Assembly (NCBI RefSeq): GCF_009914755.1
Contig: NC_060943.1
Reading direction: 5' to 3' (one strand)
Origin: the human T2T-CHM13v2.0 reference genome, Homo sapiens
Length of the DNA stretch: 64,000 nucleotides
A model generated the notes under the pieces. That model had not been told where the DNA came from and did not search any database. It was given only the letters and a program-made list of their open reading frames with translations. Below, piece after piece: positions 55,634-64,000 of the stretch (positions within the stretch are counted from its first letter, which is position 1; each line of letters opens with the position of its first letter). The position numbers were made by a program, and so were the translations under genes.

Positions 55634-56271
55634 GTGAGAACTCAGCCTCACAGGGACGAAGGGTCACAGGATTGCGTGAGTCACCCTTTTGGGTTAATTC
55701 AGAGGGAAGGGGAGGGTGTGGCTCCCGCAGCCATAGGGAAGGGCTTCCAGGTCAGTGGGTGGGACTTCTAGGAGAAGGGGTGGGAGTTCTGGGGAGGCCA
55801 TTAGCTGGTTGCAATTGAGAATGAGCTCACCATCGCTGGAGGTATACAAGAAGATGGAGTGGAAGGCATCGAGGAGGTCCAGGCCTTGGGTAAGACAAGG
55901 AACTAGGTGCACAAGATTCCTCTGGACTCCCCTTGTCCAAAAATGGAGGTATATCAATTTGTGTCCATCTGAAGCCAAAATTTCAGGGTGTACCTGTAAG
56001 CGTTTTAGGTTGAGACCCTGTTTGTACGCACTTCCGTCCCTAAAATTCTAAGTCTGTCTAATTATAAACCACTCCTAAGATTCTGCTAGGTGTCTGAGTG
56101 GAAGATCTAAAAGCACGAGATTGGGGCTGAGCGCGGCAGCTGACGTCTGTAATCCCAGCACTTTGGAAGGCTGAGGAAGGTGGATCACTTGAGGTCAGGA
56201 GTTCGAGACCAGCCTGGCCAACATGGTGAAACCCCTTCTCTCCTAAAAATACAAATATTAGTTGGGCATAG

Positions 56272-56618
<347 letters not shown>

Positions 56619-56698
56619 TGATCCGCCCGCCTCAGCCTCCCAAAGTGCTGGGATTACAGGTGTGAGCCGCCATGCCCGGCTAATTTTTGTATTCTTAG

Positions 56699-57022
<324 letters not shown>

Positions 57023-57125
57023 TAGTAGACACGGGGTTTCACCGTGTTAGCCAGGATGGTCTCCATCTCCTGACCTCGTGATCCGCCTGCCTTGGCCTCC
57101 CAAAGTGCTGTGATTACAGGCGTGA

Positions 57126-57383
<258 letters not shown>

Positions 57384-57717
57384 TGATCTGCCTGACTCGG
57401 CCTCCCAAAGTGCTGGGATTACAGGCGTGAGCCACCGCACCCGCCTAATTTTTAAATGTTTTTTGGTGGAGACGGGGTCTCACTCTGTTGGCCAGGCTGG
57501 TCTCTAACGCCTGGCCTGGAGTAAGCCTACAGCCTCAGCTTCCCATATCACTGGGATTACAGGTGTGAGCGAGTATACCAGCCACCACACTGCTGTTTAC
57601 CAGAGACTGGAGACACACGAGCACCTGGCCTGGGCACTGTGGGAGGTGGCTTTGGGGATGGTGCCTTTCTGGGTGGGTCCGGGATGCTCAGGAGTCCCTT
57701 TCTCCCTCATCGCCCAG

Positions 57718-57904
57718 GAGCAGCCAGGGCTTCCTGCATCTGAAGTTCGCGCGGACCCGTGAGAACCAGGTGGTGCTGGGCCAACACAGCGGGCCCTTCC
57801 CCAGCGTGCCCGAGCTCGTCCTCCACTACAGTTCACGCCCACTGCCGGTGCAGGGTGCCGAGCATCTGGCTCTGCTGTACCCCGTGGTCACGCAGACCCC
57901 CTGA
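57718..57904 (+). CDS. SHD: SHD coding exon 6 (SH2 C-terminal half) to TGA
   Basis: cccag|G; (R)SSQGFLHLKFARTRENQVVLGQHSGPFPSVPELVLHYSSRPLPVQGAEHLALLYPVVTQTP*; summed CDS 1023 nt = 340 aa. Confidence 0.96.
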
Positions 57905-57975
57905 CAGTGACCCTCGGCCCCCTTTTGAGTCCTCGGGCCCAGAATCGTATCCCAAAGCCCTCCCATGGCCTAGAA

Positions 57976-57981
57976 AATAAA
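57976..57981 (+). terminator. SHD: SHD polyadenylation signal AATAAA
   Basis: AATAAA ~70 nt after the stop, followed by GT/T-rich downstream element (gttattgtttgtcttagtgtcctttc). Confidence 0.85.
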
Positions 57982-58227
57982 TAAGTTATTGTTTGTCTTA
58001 GTGTCCTTTCTGGGCTACAGAGGGAAGTGGGATCGTTGACTCCCAGCGGGAAAGCCCTAAGCAGCCCTGGAGAGGGGGATAATGGGGTAATTGAAACCCT
58101 GGAGGAGGCCAGGCACGGTGGCTCACGCCTGTAATCCCAGCACTTTGGGAGGTTGAGGCAGGCAGATCACCTGAGGTTGGGAGTTCGAGACCATCCTGAC
58201 CAACACGGAGAAACCGCGTCTCTACTA

Positions 58228-58389
<162 letters not shown>

Positions 58390-59144
58390 TCAGAACAAAC
58401 AAACATAAAAAACCCTCGAGGCCTTGAGGGCCAAGCACATCCCCAGCACTTTGTTTTGGGGACAGAGTTGGGATTGGAACCTGAATCTCCCATAGGGAGG
58501 GACCAGAACTCAGCAAGAGACAGAGCGTCGTGGAGCAGATTAAAAACCGCACTCCATAGAAACCGACAGATACAAAGATGGAGAAACTGAGGGGGGCCAG
58601 GCTCTCGGGCCAGCCCCGCTCCCTCCCCCCGGCAGCAGTGGCTTGATCTGCAGAAAGGACATCTGTCCCCATGGAAACAGCAGAAGTAGGGGAGGGGAGC
58701 TGGGCCTAGCTGGTGTCACTTCAAGGTGACAGGCCAGGCAGGCAGGAGACCTGGGGGGCTGGTAAACACCATGAATCTCCTGACCTCCCCTTCTTCTCCC
58801 CACCTCCAGGCCTGCCTGGGAGTGATGCCAGCTGCGGGGGGGGTCTTCCATGGCAGGGGACTGTTTGGAAGCCAGAGTACCACTTCTTCCTCCTTGGATT
58901 TGTCCCTATAAGGTGGGAGGGGGGCTTTGAGTTGCCACAAAGTCCCTTGGCCACAGTGGGCCTCTCCAGCCACCCCTGAGAGCTCTGGGACCCCAGATGA
59001 CCCCTTAAGTCTTTTTGGTGCGTGTATGTGACAGGGTCTCACTCTACCACCTAGGCTGGAGGGCAGTGACATAATTAGAGCTCACTGCAACCTCAACCTC
59101 CAGGGCTGAAGTGGTCCTCCCCTCTCAGCCTCCCAAATATCTGA

Positions 59145-59321
<177 letters not shown>

Positions 59322-59518
59322 TAAATTTTCTGTAGAAATGGAGTCTTCTTGCTCTATTGCCCAGGCTGGTCTCAAACTCTTGGCTTCAAGTGATCCTTCC
59401 ACCGCAGCCTCCCAAAGTGCTGGGATTAGAGGCGTGAGCCACCGCACCCGATTTCTTCAGATCTTTTTAGCACTCCCAAATCGCCACAAACACCAGCTTT
59501 GCTTTTTCTTCACAAGCC

Positions 59519-59524
59519 TTTATT
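59519..59524 (-). terminator. TMIGD2: TMIGD2 polyadenylation signal (AATAAA on minus strand)
   Basis: tttatt on + strand ~350 nt beyond the TMIGD2 stop. Confidence 0.8.
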
Positions 59525-59571
59525 AGGTTCTTGGGGGAAAGTGGGAGCGAGATCCATCATTACAGAAATGA

Positions 59572-59850
<279 letters not shown>

Positions 59851-59869
59851 TGAGGTCTCCTGGGATCTC

Positions 59870-60156
59870 TCACTCCTCTCCCACTTTGGGGAACCCTTTT
59901 GGCCTCGGCTGCTGGGTGGGGCTTGGTCTAGGAGAGACCCTGACCATAGAGACGGGGTGGCCGGGCCTGGGGCTGGGGCAGGGTCTCGGGCTGGGGCAGG
60001 GTCTTGACGCCAGGTGCGGCTGGCGGGGGGCCGGTTGCGGGAAGGAGGTTGAATAAATGCTCTGGCCCCTCTGGTCCTTCCCCTCTCCAGAGCAGTCCTC
60101 ACTCTTCTTTGGGGCCCCCCGGGGCCGGTATAGGACGTTGCTGTAGAATGCATTTC
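59870..60156 (-). CDS. TMIGD2: TMIGD2 (CD28H/IGPR-1) last exon, proline-rich cytoplasmic tail
   Basis: minus-strand cctag|GA acceptor; (G)[94 protein letters not shown]. Confidence 0.95.
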
Positions 60157-60169
60157 CTAGGATGGATGA

Positions 60170-60460
<291 letters not shown>

Positions 60461-60550
60461 TGACCTCGTGATCCACCCGCCTCGGCCTCCCAAAGTGCTG
60501 GGATTACAGGCGTGAGCCACCGCGCCCGGCCTTTTTTTTTTTTTTTTTGA

Positions 60551-60811
<261 letters not shown>

Positions 60812-60814
60812 TGA

Positions 60815-61518
<704 letters not shown>

Positions 61519-61837
61519 TAGTAGATACAAGGTTTCACCATATTGTCCAGGCTGACCTCAGGTGATTCGCCCACCTCGGCCTCCCAAAATGCTGGGATGA
61601 CAGGCATGAGCCACCGCGCCCAGCAATTTGTAATTTTTTTGTAGAGATGGGATCTTGCTAGGTTGCACAGGCTAGGGGCTTTGTCTCTATTTCTGAAAAA
61701 CATGAGCATAGGATATAGGAGCCAGGCTTCTCCTCCCTTCATCCCTCCTCCATCCTTCCCCCAGGCGGGAGCACAGATGCAGTGGGTCTTTGTCAAGCAG
61801 CTGCAGTTCCCACCTCCTCCGCCCTACCCTCCCTTAC

Positions 61838-61951
61838 CTGGGCTGTTACCTGAGTCCCTTTGCTGGCAGCTGCGGCGGCCCCAGAACCAGGCACCCCACA
61901 CGATCGCAGCCACACCCATGCTTCCCACCCCCAGCAGCACGAAGAGGAATC
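61838..61951 (-). CDS. TMIGD2: TMIGD2 transmembrane exon
   Basis: minus-strand cccag|GA, CAG|gtaagg; (G)[37 protein letters not shown], hydrophobic TM segment followed by basic residues. Confidence 0.95.
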
Positions 61952-62045
61952 CTGGGTAGGGGGAGAAGAGATGGTCTAATCAGGAGGGGAAGGGGTGGTG
62001 ATGCGGGTGGAAGACGCTGGGGGAGGAACACAGGGCAGGGCTCAC

Positions 62046-62087
62046 CTGGGAAGCTTGCGATCCGGTTTCTGTTCTGTGTGGGGTCAT
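62046..62087 (-). CDS. TMIGD2: TMIGD2 42-nt stalk exon (Ig-domain exon lies beyond window end)
   Basis: minus-strand ctgcag|AT, CAG|gtgagc; (D)DPTQNRNRIASFP; 94-nt intron to the TM exon. Confidence 0.92.
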
Positions 62088-62653
62088 CTGCAGAGAAGAA
62101 ATCTATGTCACGGGGGTGCCAGGCTTCTCCACCCTCCAAGGACAGAGCTCACTTGGGGGGACCTAAGTGTTCCTCCTCCTGCCAGGCTTTGTGGATTTGG
62201 GCAAGTGTTCACTCTGAACCTCTGTTTCTTCTTCTGAAAAATGAGGCTCAGCAGGACGCGGTGGCTCAGGCCTGTAATCCGAGCACTCTGGGAGGCTGAG
62301 GCAGGAGGATCACTCGAGGTCAGGAGTTCGAGACCAGCCTGGCCAACATGGTGAAACCCCATCTCTACAAAAAAATATAAAAATTAGCCAGGCATGGTGG
62401 TGGCGCCTTTAATCCCAACTACTCAGGAGGCTGAGGCAGGAGAATCGCTTGAATCCAGGAGGGGGAGGTTGCAGTGAGCCGAGATCGTGTCACTACGCTC
62501 CAGCCTGGGTGACAGAGCAAGACTCTGCCTCAAAAAAAAAAAAAAAAAAAAAAAAAGAAGGCCAGGCGCAGTGGCTCACACCTGTAATCTTAGCACTTTG
62601 GGAGACCGAGGTAGGCGGATCACAAGGTCAGGCGATCGAGACCATCCTGGCTA

Positions 62654-62884
<231 letters not shown>

Positions 62885-63185
62885 TCATTGTGGAAAAACT
62901 GCCAACTGGGATTTGTCATCATGAGCCCCGCCATCTTTATCCTGGGATCTATCACTCTCCAGATCCTGTTTGGTTGTTTTTGTTTTTGTTTGAGCCTCTA
63001 CTCCATGCCACGCCCATTTTATAGACGGGGAAACCGAGGCTCAGAGAGCCTAAGTCACTTGCCTAGGGTCCCCTACCCAGGCGGCAGCAGGAACCAGCTT
63101 TGGACAAAGCCCTGTCTCACCTCAGCTCGGAGATCCTAACACTGAAGTTCCTTGAGAACTTACTATGTCTCAGGCCCTGTGCTAA

Positions 63186-63635
<450 letters not shown>

Positions 63636-64000
63636 TGAAACAGAGGATTGAATCCAGGTTGTATAATTTACAGGAACCCCAGCTAAAGGCTGTGAATGCC
63701 GCAATTAAGATAAGGTCCAGCACCCCAACCCCCTTCTTTTGCAGCCTCTGAGGTTGGCAGGGGATCCCTGGGGACTGCCAAGCTGCTGTTCAGGATTGGT
63801 GGGGTGTGGGGAAGCCAGCTGTGTGGGGTTGGACCCGCGCCCACTCCCTGCTCTCTCACAGCTGCCAACGCACAGCCTGGCGCCTCCACCACCCCGCCTC
63901 CTCTAATTGCTAATTGGCCCCTTTGACATCAGAGGGGTGGGAAGAGGTGGGTAACACAGCCATAACACACCCCTCCCTTGAGGCAGGCACGTGTCCCCCG

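Overview
This is human genomic DNA, recognisable as the very Alu-dense chr19p13.3 cluster. It holds four known protein-coding genes, which I reconstructed exon by exon from GT-AG boundaries. (1) The last three exons of EBI3 (+, IL-27/IL-35 beta subunit). (2) Complete YJU2/CCDC94 (+, 8 exons, 972 nt CDS = 323 aa, step-I splicing factor). (3) Complete SHD (+, 6 coding exons, 1023 nt CDS = 340 aa, SH2 adaptor). (4) The last three exons of TMIGD2/CD28H (-), convergent with SHD. Nearly all other ORFs in the track are Alu or low-complexity artefacts; there is no CRISPR, rRNA or tRNA. The most striking unexplained structure is in YJU2 introns 5-6. A ~665-bp composite insertion (27898-28562) is built from an inverted 422-bp copy of 33690-34111 (~96% identical) plus a direct copy of 32058-32286, and is framed by a 91-bp duplication of the host Alu, a template-switching signature. 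It creates a long inverted repeat around frameshifting exon 6 and flips a consensus 5' splice site into sense orientation. Other candidates are a G4/(TG)41/51-bp-duplication module in YJU2 intron 1, a frame-preserving 4-nt intron slide, a GAS motif in a MER41-like LTR near the YJU2 promoter, a diverged ~40-bp tandem array, and homeodomain-palindrome elements near SHD. Repeat subfamily names are from memory of consensus sequences, identities are manual counts, and all functional consequences are untested inference.
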